Shown here in pieces: positions 22,347 through 31,225 of a stretch of DNA of 64,000 nt. The position numbers and the translations under genes are program-made. Origin of the DNA: Bdellovibrionales bacterium RIFOXYD12_FULL_39_22 (GTDB lineage Bacteria; Bdellovibrionota; Bacteriovoracia; Bacteriovoracales; Bacteriovoracaceae); contig MEQL01000031.1 of the NCBI GenBank assembly GCA_001770205.1, positions 1 to 64,000 of the forward strand. Reading direction: 5' to 3'. The notes under the pieces are model-generated. The model was given only the letters and a program-made list of their open reading frames with translations, was not told where the DNA came from and made no database searches. The first letter of the stretch is position 1. Every line of letters begins with the position of its first letter.

Positions 22347-25070
22347 ATGCCTAAAGTAATTTTCTATTTTCACATTCATCAACCATTTCGCTTGCACGTA
22401 AACGGCAATGATTTTTTTTGGGATGAAATAAATAAGGAAATTTTTTTAAAAGTTGCCGATCATAGTTATTTGCCGGCCGTTAAAATGTTTCATGACTTAA
22501 TGTTGTCACATCCCAAATTTAAAATAACTTTCGGGATGTCTGGAACTTTTTTAAAACAATCAGAATTATATTTGCAAAAAGTGATAGATGATTTGCACAA
22601 AATGTACAAATTTGGAAAAAGTAGTAATCAGATAGAATTTTTAGAGGAGACTTATTTTCACTCACTGGCATCACTATTTAAAGATGAATATAAAAATGAA
22701 TTTAAAAATCAGGTAACACTTCACCGGAATAAGATGAAAGAAGTCTTTGGCTCTTCGCCCAAATGTTTTGTTAATACCGAAATGATCTATAACGATGACA
22801 TTGGAAATATTGTTGCAGATATGGGCTTTAATTCTATTTTATGCGAAGCTCCTTCATTTGGAACGAACCATGGTGTTATCTCTAAAAGTTTGTTTCATTT
22901 AAATGGGAGAAAAAATATTTCGCGTGACATGGTTATTATTGCGCGTAATCGTCAGTTGTCTAATAAGGTGGCGGTGGATTTTGCTCAAAATCCTTTTTCG
23001 GCCAAAGAGTTTTTGGAACTGGTTTCGCAAGAAAGAGCACCAGTAGTTTTATTAGCATTTAATTTGGAACATATTGGAGAACACATTCCTGGCAGTAAAG
23101 GAATTTTTGATTTTTGGAAGGAAATTCCTAATGCTTTGGCCTTGTTTCCTAATATTGAATGTGTCACTCCGCGAGATGTGGTAGCAGAATTTAAAGATCA
23201 GGATCTTCCCAAATTGAGCTTGGAAGGTGCGCAAACTACCTCATGGTCTATTTATCAAAATGGAGTCAAGTCGTGGATTGGATCTTCTGTACAACGAGAA
23301 TTATTAAATGAGTTAGAGGCCTATGAAGAGGATACTAAAAAAACGCAGCCAACTTTTATTGAAAAGTGGAGACATCTAACTGCCACAGATCATTTTGCCT
23401 ATATCAACGAAGATCATGGGATTTTTCCAATAACGCTGGGACAGTTTAATCCCTATGGTTCGATCGCTCATGCTGCTTATCTTTTAACAAAAAACATCGA
23501 AAGATTAAAAAATGATATTCATTCGTTCAATATCATTAGCAAAAAAGATGAGGTGCCAGTTATTATTATCTCTCCTGAAACGGCCAGATTGCCGGAGAGA
23601 GGAATGGGAGAGTTTGCTAAATTTATTTCAGGGAAAAGCGGAGGATTGGGTGAGGTTATTTCTGCTATTTGCAATGGACTGGTTGAACGAAAAATTCCCA
23701 CGCATATTATAACTTTAGATTTATCTCGTCGCTTTAAGGAGGAGTCAAATCTGTCGGAAGAAGAGTGGATGAATATGACGTTTGGCCTTGATCCTCAGAA
23801 TGTTCATCTTATCAGTTCAGGAATTTTTGAAAATAAGCGCAATGCGTACGAGGGTGTTTCGGCACTAACGGCAGCAGAATTTCAAAAACAAATAGTAAAT
23901 ACAACCGTGAAAAATATTGTAAGTCGTACTCGCGGGAAGGCCATTATTCATACTCATGATTGGATGGCCGGTGGAATTGTGCCCGCCTTTGCCAAATCGC
24001 GAAACCTTCCAGTTTTACATACTATCCACAATACACATACCGGCCTAATTCCTGCAGAATATTTTTACGGACTTAATTTGGCACGAATTAATAATCACCT
24101 ATATTTACAAAATGATAATGGGGTTAGTTGTATTGATGCGCAGGCCACGGCAATTAAGAATGCTTCACAAATTACAGTAGTCGGTAAGAAATTTTTAGAA
24201 GAAATTGTGCGCGACTATTTTTTGGATCGGGCATTTATTCCTTATAGTGTTCGACAAGAGATAAAATTTAAGTATCGCAATAACTCGGCACTCGTTATCC
24301 CGAATGGAATTGCTCCGCAAGTTTATCCCGAAAATCAAGTAGAACACAGTGAGGTTGAGCGGGCAGGACTTGCTAAAATTTTAAAAACCAACATGGATTT
24401 GGTGTCTGCCAAACGTGCCAATGTAGAAAAGCTTCAGAGAAAATTAAAAATGCAAGTCAATCCCGATGCCACCTTGTTTTATTGGCCATCTCGTTTAGAT
24501 TCAGTGCAAAAGGGGGTAGAGCTTTTTGAAGATATTGCTTTGCGCTTTATTGCAGAATTTCCCGAGGTACAAATTGTGGTGGTGGGAGATCCGGTAAGTG
24601 GAACCGCGCACGGGCAGAATATTGCAACTATTGCGGGTAAATCCAATGGGCGTATTGCCTACTCTCGATTTAATGAAGATATATCTATGCTTGCTTATGC
24701 CGCGGCGAGTGATGTTTTTGGGGCATCACTTTACGAGCCCTTTGGCCAGATTGATGTAGTGGGAAATATTTATGGTGCAACGGCCACTAATCGCGATACA
24801 GGTGGATATCATGATAAAATTGTTCCGCTTTTTCTAAAAGAGTGGGGAGGGCCGCAAGATGTTGGAAATGGAGTACTTTTTAAAGATTATGATCCAAATG
24901 GCCTTTACTGGGGAATGGCCCAGGCGGTAAGTAATCATCGTTACTTTCGTGCCAATCCAGATTCATGGAATCGTCAAATGAAGCGAATTATGAATGAGGC
25001 ACGCAAAAAGTGGAGCTTAGATAGCATGATCGCCGGGTACATTACCGCCTATTATAATTTGCAAAGATAA
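22347..25070 (+). CDS. GH57 amylase-like / glycogen synthase (GT5-like) fusion
   Basis: YFHIHQP, ETYFHSL, NTE145 (GH57); KSGGLGEV, HTHDW, HTIHN, SLYEPFG (glycogen synthase). Confidence 0.85.
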   Translation: MPKVIFYFHIHQPFRLHVNGNDFFWDEINKEIFLKVADHSYLPAVKMFHDLMLSHPKFKITFGMSGTFLKQSELYLQKVIDDLHKMYKFGKSSNQIEFLEETYFHSLASLFKDEYKNEFKNQVTLHRNKMKEVFGSSPKCFVNTEMIYNDDIGNIVADMGFNSILCEAPSFGTNHGVISKSLFHLNGRKNISRDMVIIARNRQLSNKVAVDFAQNPFSAKEFLELVSQERAPVVLLAFNLEHIGEHIPGSKGIFDFWKEIPNALALFPNIECVTPRDVVAEFKDQDLPKLSLEGAQTTSWSIYQNGVKSWIGSSVQRELLNELEAYEEDTKKTQPTFIEKWRHLTATDHFAYINEDHGIFPITLGQFNPYGSIAHAAYLLTKNIERLKNDIHSFNIISKKDEVPVIIISPETARLPERGMGEFAKFISGKSGGLGEVISAICNGLVERKIPTHIITLDLSRRFKEESNLSEEEWMNMTFGLDPQNVHLISSGIFENKRNAYEGVSALTAAEFQKQIVNTTVKNIVSRTRGKAIIHTHDWMAGGIVPAFAKSRNLPVLHTIHNTHTGLIPAEYFYGLNLARINNHLYLQNDNGVSCIDAQATAIKNASQITVVGKKFLEEIVRDYFLDRAFIPYSVRQEIKFKYRNNSALVIPNGIAPQVYPENQVEHSEVERAGLAKILKTNMDLVSAKRANVEKLQRKLKMQVNPDATLFYWPSRLDSVQKGVELFEDIALRFIAEFPEVQIVVVGDPVSGTAHGQNIATIAGKSNGRIAYSRFNEDISMLAYAAASDVFGASLYEPFGQIDVVGNIYGATATNRDTGGYHDKIVPLFLKEWGGPQDVGNGVLFKDYDPNGLYWGMAQAVSNHRYFRANPDSWNRQMKRIMNEARKKWSLDSMIAGYITAYYNLQR

Positions 25071-25072
25071 TT

Positions 25073-25108
25073 TAAAAATCTAAAAATCTAAAAATCTAAA
25101 AATCTAAA
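25073..25108. repeat. Tandem 8-bp repeat (TAAAAATC)x4.5
   Basis: Directly visible just after the stop at 25070. Confidence 0.95.
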
Positions 25109-25172
25109 TATATAAATTTTACATTAGAGAAACATTTTGATAAAAGCTGGCCAGATTTGTGTTAGTTATCAT

Positions 25173-25188
25173 TGGCAATAAAAAAGCA
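25173..25188 (+). promoter_or_regulatory. Possible sigma-54 promoter
   Basis: TGGCAA-TAAAA-AAGCA keeps GG-N10-GC spacing, 23 nt before the ATG at 25212; -12 element imperfect. Confidence 0.35.
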
Positions 25189-25211
25189 ACAAAAGACACT
25201 CGGAGGAATGT

Positions 25212-25757
25212 ATGAAACAGACCCTATTATTTTTGGTTATCAGCTTATCTGCCATTTCTTGGCAACTTCTGGCCGCACCTACCATAATTGGAATCGCTAT
25301 TAGCACAGAGAATATTGTTCAAGGAGAAGAATACGCACAATTTCATCGTAATTTTTTAGAGAGGATTAAAGAGGCAGAGGCCATTTTTAATGTAGATAAT
25401 GATGAAGCGACAATGATTGTTTGTGCACAAAATATTTTAAAAAGCGAAAACGGTGAAGATTTAAACTACATTGCTGCAGATTTTTTTTCGTCAATGTTGT
25501 CGGAAGATGTCGCCTTAGATTTTTCAGCAAATAAGCGTGAGGAAAAAATAAGTGCCATTCAGGCCGAACTGGTACTGGGTAGTTATAGCGAGGCCCTTTT
25601 TGTATATTTTATTAGAGAATTTAAGTCGCAATTAGCTGGAAAAGAAGAATTAAAAATGCGGGCACTGTGGCTGCAAAATTTCATTATCTATCTTAATGTC
25701 TCCATTATTGGCCAATATGAAGATGACCTGATTGACTTTGTCTACTACACAAAATAG
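25212..25757 (+). CDS. Hypothetical secreted protein
   Basis: GGAGG RBS, signal peptide, 181 aa. Confidence 0.7.
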   Translation: MKQTLLFLVISLSAISWQLLAAPTIIGIAISTENIVQGEEYAQFHRNFLERIKEAEAIFNVDNDEATMIVCAQNILKSENGEDLNYIAADFFSSMLSEDVALDFSANKREEKISAIQAELVLGSYSEALFVYFIREFKSQLAGKEELKMRALWLQNFIIYLNVSIIGQYEDDLIDFVYYTK

Positions 25758-26162
25758 TTAAATGCCGACATACATACTTTTTTGGCCGCATTTGGCGCTA
25801 TTGATTTTATAAATGTTTTGTTCTTCAATTACTAAAGGCATGAATTTTTGCAAATAGACATAGGCGCGGTTTGGCCCAGATATTTTTTGAGGAATATAGA
25901 TTTCTGCCTTAACCCAGCTATTTAATTTAAGATCGCGCCCAGGCCCTCCTAAAAGTATTAACGACACGGGAGAGGAGGAGCCGTAGCGAAGAATGAGGAT
26001 GAAGTTTTTATTTTTATCTAGTGTTAGCATCCCTGTTACTTGATAAATTCCGCAGTCAAAAGTTGGTTCAATTGACCAATCCTGAATCTCTGCGCCAAAG
26101 GCCCAGAGTATTGAAAAAAAATTAATTAATAGGTGTGTTTTCACATTGGATAATAGAGTCAT
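25758..26162 (-). CDS. Hypothetical (probably exported) protein
   Basis: ORF overlapping the end of the 1393-aa gene, hydrophobic N-terminus; start uncertain (ORF track 26195). Confidence 0.55.
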   Translation of the reverse strand: MTLLSNVKTHLLINFFSILWAFGAEIQDWSIEPTFDCGIYQVTGMLTLDKNKNFILILRYGSSSPVSLILLGGPGRDLKLNSWVKAEIYIPQKISGPNRAYVYLQKFMPLVIEEQNIYKINSAKCGQKSMYVGI

Positions 26163-29100
26163 ATATATCCTTAAGTTCTGCAAATTGTGGATCATTTAAA
26201 AGTTGCTCCACGAGTGTGCGGCGTTTGATCTGCAATGTTTTCATCGCATCTAATTTTCTTTGCTGATTATTAGTTAGTTGGTTTAACCAATTTCGATATG
26301 CGGAGGCGGCCAGATTTCTTCCTTCGGTGGATCCTCCTACGATTTGGGATGTTTTTTCCACTGAGACGGGGATATAGTCGCGTTTTTTCTCTTCTTGCCC
26401 TTTAGGTAGTGATGTGTGTACTTGCTCGGCACCTAGTTTGTCACCTTTTTTGATCCAGATAAATTTTTGTCCAGAAGTCATTACTTCTTTTAATTTGGTA
26501 TTAAAAAAATCTGGAAATTTTGTAAAAATTTGATCAGTTTGTAACATGCGAGTATAGGCGGTGGGATAGTGATATTTTAAATATTCTAGCCTATCTTTAT
26601 CCTCAGAACTCATTTTTCCAGTGATATCATTGGCATATTTTAAAGTTAACTCATCAATCTCTTTTTGATGTGCCAAGTATTCTTCATAAACGGCGGGAAA
26701 TTGTTTTTGAATTAATTCACGTTGCCAAATTCTTATCATAGAAAGAAATTCATTATAGTAAAAGTTGATAAAATCAGAGGCCTCTTTGTTAACAGAGTCT
26801 ACGAGTTTTAACTCAGAGGTAGTGCAATATTCATCCACAATTTTTCGCCAAATGTTTTTAGTTAGTTCATCGATGGACTCAAGTAGTGAGGGATATTTAG
26901 TTGGACAGGCAATTCGATCATCAAATTTAGAAGAGGGAATATCGTTAGTAGCGTTTTTATGTTCTTGACACATTGTTGTGGTAATATCTTCTAAAAAGTA
27001 ATCACTAGTAAGGACGGGCGTGGAGAAAACATTATTGTCAAAGAAAAAATTCTTAAAGTCATTTAGTGTAGGTGTTGGATGTTGTCGCAAAAAATAGGTC
27101 CAAGAATTTTCTTTCCAGTTGAGGTTGGTGGTAATCGAAATACCTAATTCATTGTGACTGGTTTTTGCTAGAGCGCAGCGATTTTTGCGGTAGTGATATT
27201 TAAGAAATTTGGAAAGAAGTTTGGTGCTGTGTGGAGGACGGCGATTGATGTCGGCCACTTCTGCTCCCACGTAGCAGGCCATATACATGGATTGGATCAT
27301 GGTGGATTCTGGGATTTTATCATGTTCGTTTCTAAAATCTACGGCATCCATATTTTTTCCATCCCACAAGGCAACACCACCAGGGCCTCCATGGTCAGTG
27401 TAGATCAAAGTGATTTTTTTTGCATACTGATTGTTTGCTAGATTAGTAAAAGTATTTTTAACATTAGCAGTAGTTGCTTCCAGCGTTGGAATTTTTACCT
27501 TTGTGGGACTAATCATTGCAAAACCATCAGAATCTCTTTGTGCGGCCAGATTGGTATCCTCTTTATAAAATTGAGAGTTGGCACCGCCACCATTTAAAAG
27601 AATGGATTGGCCGTTGAAGAAATTGTAATGAAAAGTTAACAGTTCATCTTCTTGGTTTTCGGAATTAGAGGTGGGAGAGTATCCGCCATTTATAAAAATA
27701 AATTTTTTATTGCTTTGAGTGGCCGAAGTAAGAATTGTGTTGAGATACTCTTTTCCTTTATGTTTTTCAATAAAAGAGTGAATAATATCTTTTTGCTCAG
27801 GGCCAATACCATCAAGATTTCTGGCCATGCTTTCAACTTTATCTTCAAGGAGGGCGTAGTCATAATCCCAAGAGAGAATTAGTTCTTTTGCCAGTTTGTA
27901 GTTTTTTTTGGTTTCATCGTTTACTAATACAGAGTTGAGGATTTCATCAAAGTAAAAAGCAAGACGATCTTTTTTTGTCGTTAACTTTTTACCGATGCCA
28001 TTATTGAATTTTCCATCAACGCCTTCTATGCGACGACTTATAAGATCGCGAGCAAATTGCTTGATTGAGGCATTAGAAGAATTTTCGGCGGCCGGCCACA
28101 GAGCGCGATATCTCCAGTAATCTGGCAGCAGGCTTGCTTCTTCAAGCTTTTCTCTGACTAAGTCGGAAATAAAATCATCTACAGACGTCAATCCAACTAT
28201 TTTAGCTAGATCGGTAGAGAGGCGAACAAAGTCATGGATGCTTCGATTAGTGTTTCCAGAACGAGAGGCAGAGAGGGATGCTTCTAGTTTGGCCAGATAT
28301 CCACCATACTTTTGATCGCGCTCGCGGATGATTTTTTCTTTTTGCTTTTTTTGAAGAAGGAGTTCGAATTCTTTTTCACCTAGGCGTTTTTTCATTATTC
28401 CCTGGGCTATTAGATCATTTGGATTGCCATTAAGATAGATATTAGATTCTAAAAAACTTCGTATAACGTTTATATCAACATCGATGGAAGAAAGAAGGTC
28501 GGTGATTAGAGAAAGATATTCAGCTTGAGGCTGATACGCTTTATCGCGAGGTGTTCGCTCTATAAGTTGATAGAATATATTTTGAAATCGGGCCTCTGCT
28601 GTTGGAAATGGATTGCCTGCTTTAAAGCGCTCTAGATATTTTTTATCTTGGCCAGCAAAGCGATCATTTATTAGTTTTTTTACGGCCGCTAGATGGGCAT
28701 CATTTTTGGCAACAATCAGATATATAGAAAAAATATCCTCATAGTTGGTAAGCTTGTCATGAATAGTAGGATATATTTTTTCTAATTTGGCAAAAAGTTT
28801 TTCATCGGGCCGATCTCGCAGCAGTAGAAGGCGTAGATTGTTCATTTCGTTGTAGTACTTTCTACCGGTGATGGTTTCGTTATCCAGTTGCTCTAGAAAG
28901 TTTATAGCATCTTCAATTTTTTTCCTTTCACGAATGACATCGATATTTTTAAGATACTCTTCTCCTTTAAAGGCCTCGATTATCATTTTAGCAAATTGCT
29001 CGCGGCCGGCAAATTTTTCATACCACAGGTATTCTATGCGTTCACGAATCAACTCATAATCACTGATGTTATCTTTAAGTAGGGCGACGGCAGTACGTGC

Positions 29101-30303
29101 AAATTTATCTTTCATGCTCTGTGGGGTTATTCTAGCGTATGTTTCGTTAAACATTTCCACAAAATAACTGGCACGTCCGGATATCGTGGAGAGATTAATG
29201 GATAAGGGGAGAATATCAAAAACCTCTCGGTCACTCATGTGCATGGTTTCGCGCAACTCTTCGCGTTGTTCAAAAAAACGGTGGGAATAGTTATTTGTGA
29301 AATCAGAGGCCTTCGAAGTAAAAGCAGGATCATCTTCTAAAATGCGTTTTTTAATAATATTTTGCGCCATCTTTTGCAATTCGCTATCGTCGCTGGCCGC
29401 AGCTACAACAAGAAAAGATTGGCACTCGTTGCATCCACGAATATTGGAAGTGTAAGTAGGGAGATTACTTTTTAGCAGCGATTTGGCATCATCGCGATTA
29501 TTTAGATGGAAAAGAGAATTTATATAATTGGTAATTTCGTGGGAACCACCCTCATGAAAACGCATATCTGCTAGATTATTTTCCTCTTCGGAGGCATTAG
29601 GAATAGGAATAAAAGATTGCATTGATTCTTTAATCTGTTCAATCTTTTTTCTGTTAAATGTTTCTTCCAGGTTGGAAAAATATTCTTTACCCTTTATGGC
29701 CACGATTATTGCTCTGGCCACCGGATAACGATTATTAATATATGTAATATCACTGTAACTTTCTAAGGGATTTTTAAACAGCTCATAGTCTATGGGTAAC
29801 GAAGCAGCGAAGGCCCCTATGCTGTCGGCGATTTGGCCCATCTCTGCATGATCAAGATGGCGAAAGATTACATTATCAATTATTTGGCGAGCGTTGCTGC
29901 TTTGAATATTTTCTCGCTGGCGTATTTCGGTTTCTGGAGTGATACCTTTTTGAAGTTGGGATAAAATGGTTTCGTGTACCATTTTTTGTAAATCTTGATC
30001 TTTAGATAGATAGGCGATGTACTCGAGGCCCAGGCCTGCTATCGCATTTTTATCTTTGATTTGGAGGTAATTATTTTTTAAAAATTGAACAACATCAAAG
30101 GAGGAGGCATTTTGGCGAAGAGCGGCCCGATATTTTTTGAGATCAACATAGTTAGGGCCTTGTTGCTCATATACCCCTGCACTTGCCCCCTTTAGAAAGG
30201 ATAAGGCTTTGGCAAGGTCGGAATCATCAGCAGAGGACGAAAGGATGTTGCTGTAAATAGCAACAAAAAGGAAAATAAAAAACAAAAAAAATGGCCGACT
30301 CAT
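26122..30303 (-). CDS. Large secreted repeat protein with clan CD (legumain/caspase-like) peptidase domain
   Basis: Signal peptide; four ~200-240 aa helical repeats ending (K/L)G(K/E)(E/K)(Y/E); ITLIYTDHGG and YMACYVG His-Cys dyad. Confidence 0.7.
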   Translation of the reverse strand: MSRPFFLFFIFLFVAIYSNILSSSADDSDLAKALSFLKGASAGVYEQQGPNYVDLKKYRAALRQNASSFDVVQFLKNNYLQIKDKNAIAGLGLEYIAYLSKDQDLQKMVHETILSQLQKGITPETEIRQRENIQSSNARQIIDNVIFRHLDHAEMGQIADSIGAFAASLPIDYELFKNPLESYSDITYINNRYPVARAIIVAIKGKEYFSNLEETFNRKKIEQIKESMQSFIPIPNASEEENNLADMRFHEGGSHEITNYINSLFHLNNRDDAKSLLKSNLPTYTSNIRGCNECQSFLVVAAASDDSELQKMAQNIIKKRILEDDPAFTSKASDFTNNYSHRFFEQREELRETMHMSDREVFDILPLSINLSTISGRASYFVEMFNETYARITPQSMKDKFARTAVALLKDNISDYELIRERIEYLWYEKFAGREQFAKMIIEAFKGEEYLKNIDVIRERKKIEDAINFLEQLDNETITGRKYYNEMNNLRLLLLRDRPDEKLFAKLEKIYPTIHDKLTNYEDIFSIYLIVAKNDAHLAAVKKLINDRFAGQDKKYLERFKAGNPFPTAEARFQNIFYQLIERTPRDKAYQPQAEYLSLITDLLSSIDVDINVIRSFLESNIYLNGNPNDLIAQGIMKKRLGEKEFELLLQKKQKEKIIRERDQKYGGYLAKLEASLSASRSGNTNRSIHDFVRLSTDLAKIVGLTSVDDFISDLVREKLEEASLLPDYWRYRALWPAAENSSNASIKQFARDLISRRIEGVDGKFNNGIGKKLTTKKDRLAFYFDEILNSVLVNDETKKNYKLAKELILSWDYDYALLEDKVESMARNLDGIGPEQKDIIHSFIEKHKGKEYLNTILTSATQSNKKFIFINGGYSPTSNSENQEDELLTFHYNFFNGQSILLNGGGANSQFYKEDTNLAAQRDSDGFAMISPTKVKIPTLEATTANVKNTFTNLANNQYAKKITLIYTDHGGPGGVALWDGKNMDAVDFRNEHDKIPESTMIQSMYMACYVGAEVADINRRPPHSTKLLSKFLKYHYRKNRCALAKTSHNELGISITTNLNWKENSWTYFLRQHPTPTLNDFKNFFFDNNVFSTPVLTSDYFLEDITTTMCQEHKNATNDIPSSKFDDRIACPTKYPSLLESIDELTKNIWRKIVDEYCTTSELKLVDSVNKEASDFINFYYNEFLSMIRIWQRELIQKQFPAVYEEYLAHQKEIDELTLKYANDITGKMSSEDKDRLEYLKYHYPTAYTRMLQTDQIFTKFPDFFNTKLKEVMTSGQKFIWIKKGDKLGAEQVHTSLPKGQEEKKRDYIPVSVEKTSQIVGGSTEGRNLAASAYRNWLNQLTNNQQRKLDAMKTLQIKRRTLVEQLLNDPQFAELKDIYDSIIQCENTPIN

Positions 30304-30335
30304 TTAGTTTGGCATCCTCCCAGTATGACGATTTC

Positions 30336-30361
30336 TTATCGGGGCAACTAGTAATAACTTA
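30336..30361 (-). promoter_or_regulatory. Sigma-28 (FliA)-like promoter
   Basis: Minus strand TAAG-N14-CCCGATAA upstream of the 1393-aa gene. Confidence 0.5.
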
Positions 30362-30450
30362 ATGTTTTGTTAGTGTTTTGCTAGAATAATTTGTTAAAAT
30401 TGTAAATTTTTAAACCAGAGACTTTATTCTAGTAATTTAATGAGGAATTT

Positions 30451-31197
30451 ATGAAGTTTCACTTAGTTTTTTTATCACTGCTGGGGACGATTATTATGGG
30501 CAATTTGTGTGCGGATACTTGGCTATGTAAACAAGTTGCATCCATAAAACTTTCCACTGGACTCTATAACTCTTGCGGACTAGGAGTGAATTCGGAAGAG
30601 AGTATGGCCAGGAAGCTGGCATTAAAAAATGCTTTTGATGAGTTTTATGCTCTTTGTAATAAATCTTATGATTGCAAAGGACATAAACTTAGTTTTGAAC
30701 CGCTACGTACGGACTGTGAGCAACAAACAGATAATAATTGGAAATGTTATCGTGGATTACAGGTAGATGTTTCTAAAGAAAAAGATGATAGCTGGAGTGA
30801 AGATTATGCTGCATTAGAAAAAAGCCTATAAGAGTTAGAAGATGAATATAGTAAGGCCAAGGCCAAACATGAAAAACTTAAACGGGCCAAAGAGTTGGAG
30901 GAAAAAATAGCGCAGGGTGATTTCGAAGATGATTCTTCTGATTTTAACATTGATTCTTTACGGATTATAGATCTTTCTATTGGCTATAGTCTAGTAATGG
31001 CCGCCCCGGCAAAAAATTTATCCAAAACTTTTGGAGCTTCTACTTCGTTTTTAAATTTTTATTTGGGGTTTAGTAAAAATTTTACGAAGGCCTTTTTGCA
31101 AGAATTTACCGCTGGCTATAATTATTTTTCAGGATTAGAGGGAGATACTGTCTTCCAACTTTATTTTGCCTTTATTTATGGTATCGCAAATATTTGA
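30451..31197 (+). pseudogene. Secreted Cys-rich/coiled-coil protein interrupted by an in-frame TAA
   Basis: ORFs 30451-30831 and 30895-31197 share a frame; the sequence reads through as EKSL*ELEDEYSKAKAKHEKLKRAKELEEK with one stop at 30829-30831. Confidence 0.7.
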
Positions 31198-31225
31198 CGG
31201 TAAATTTTTCCTAGCAAGATATTTG

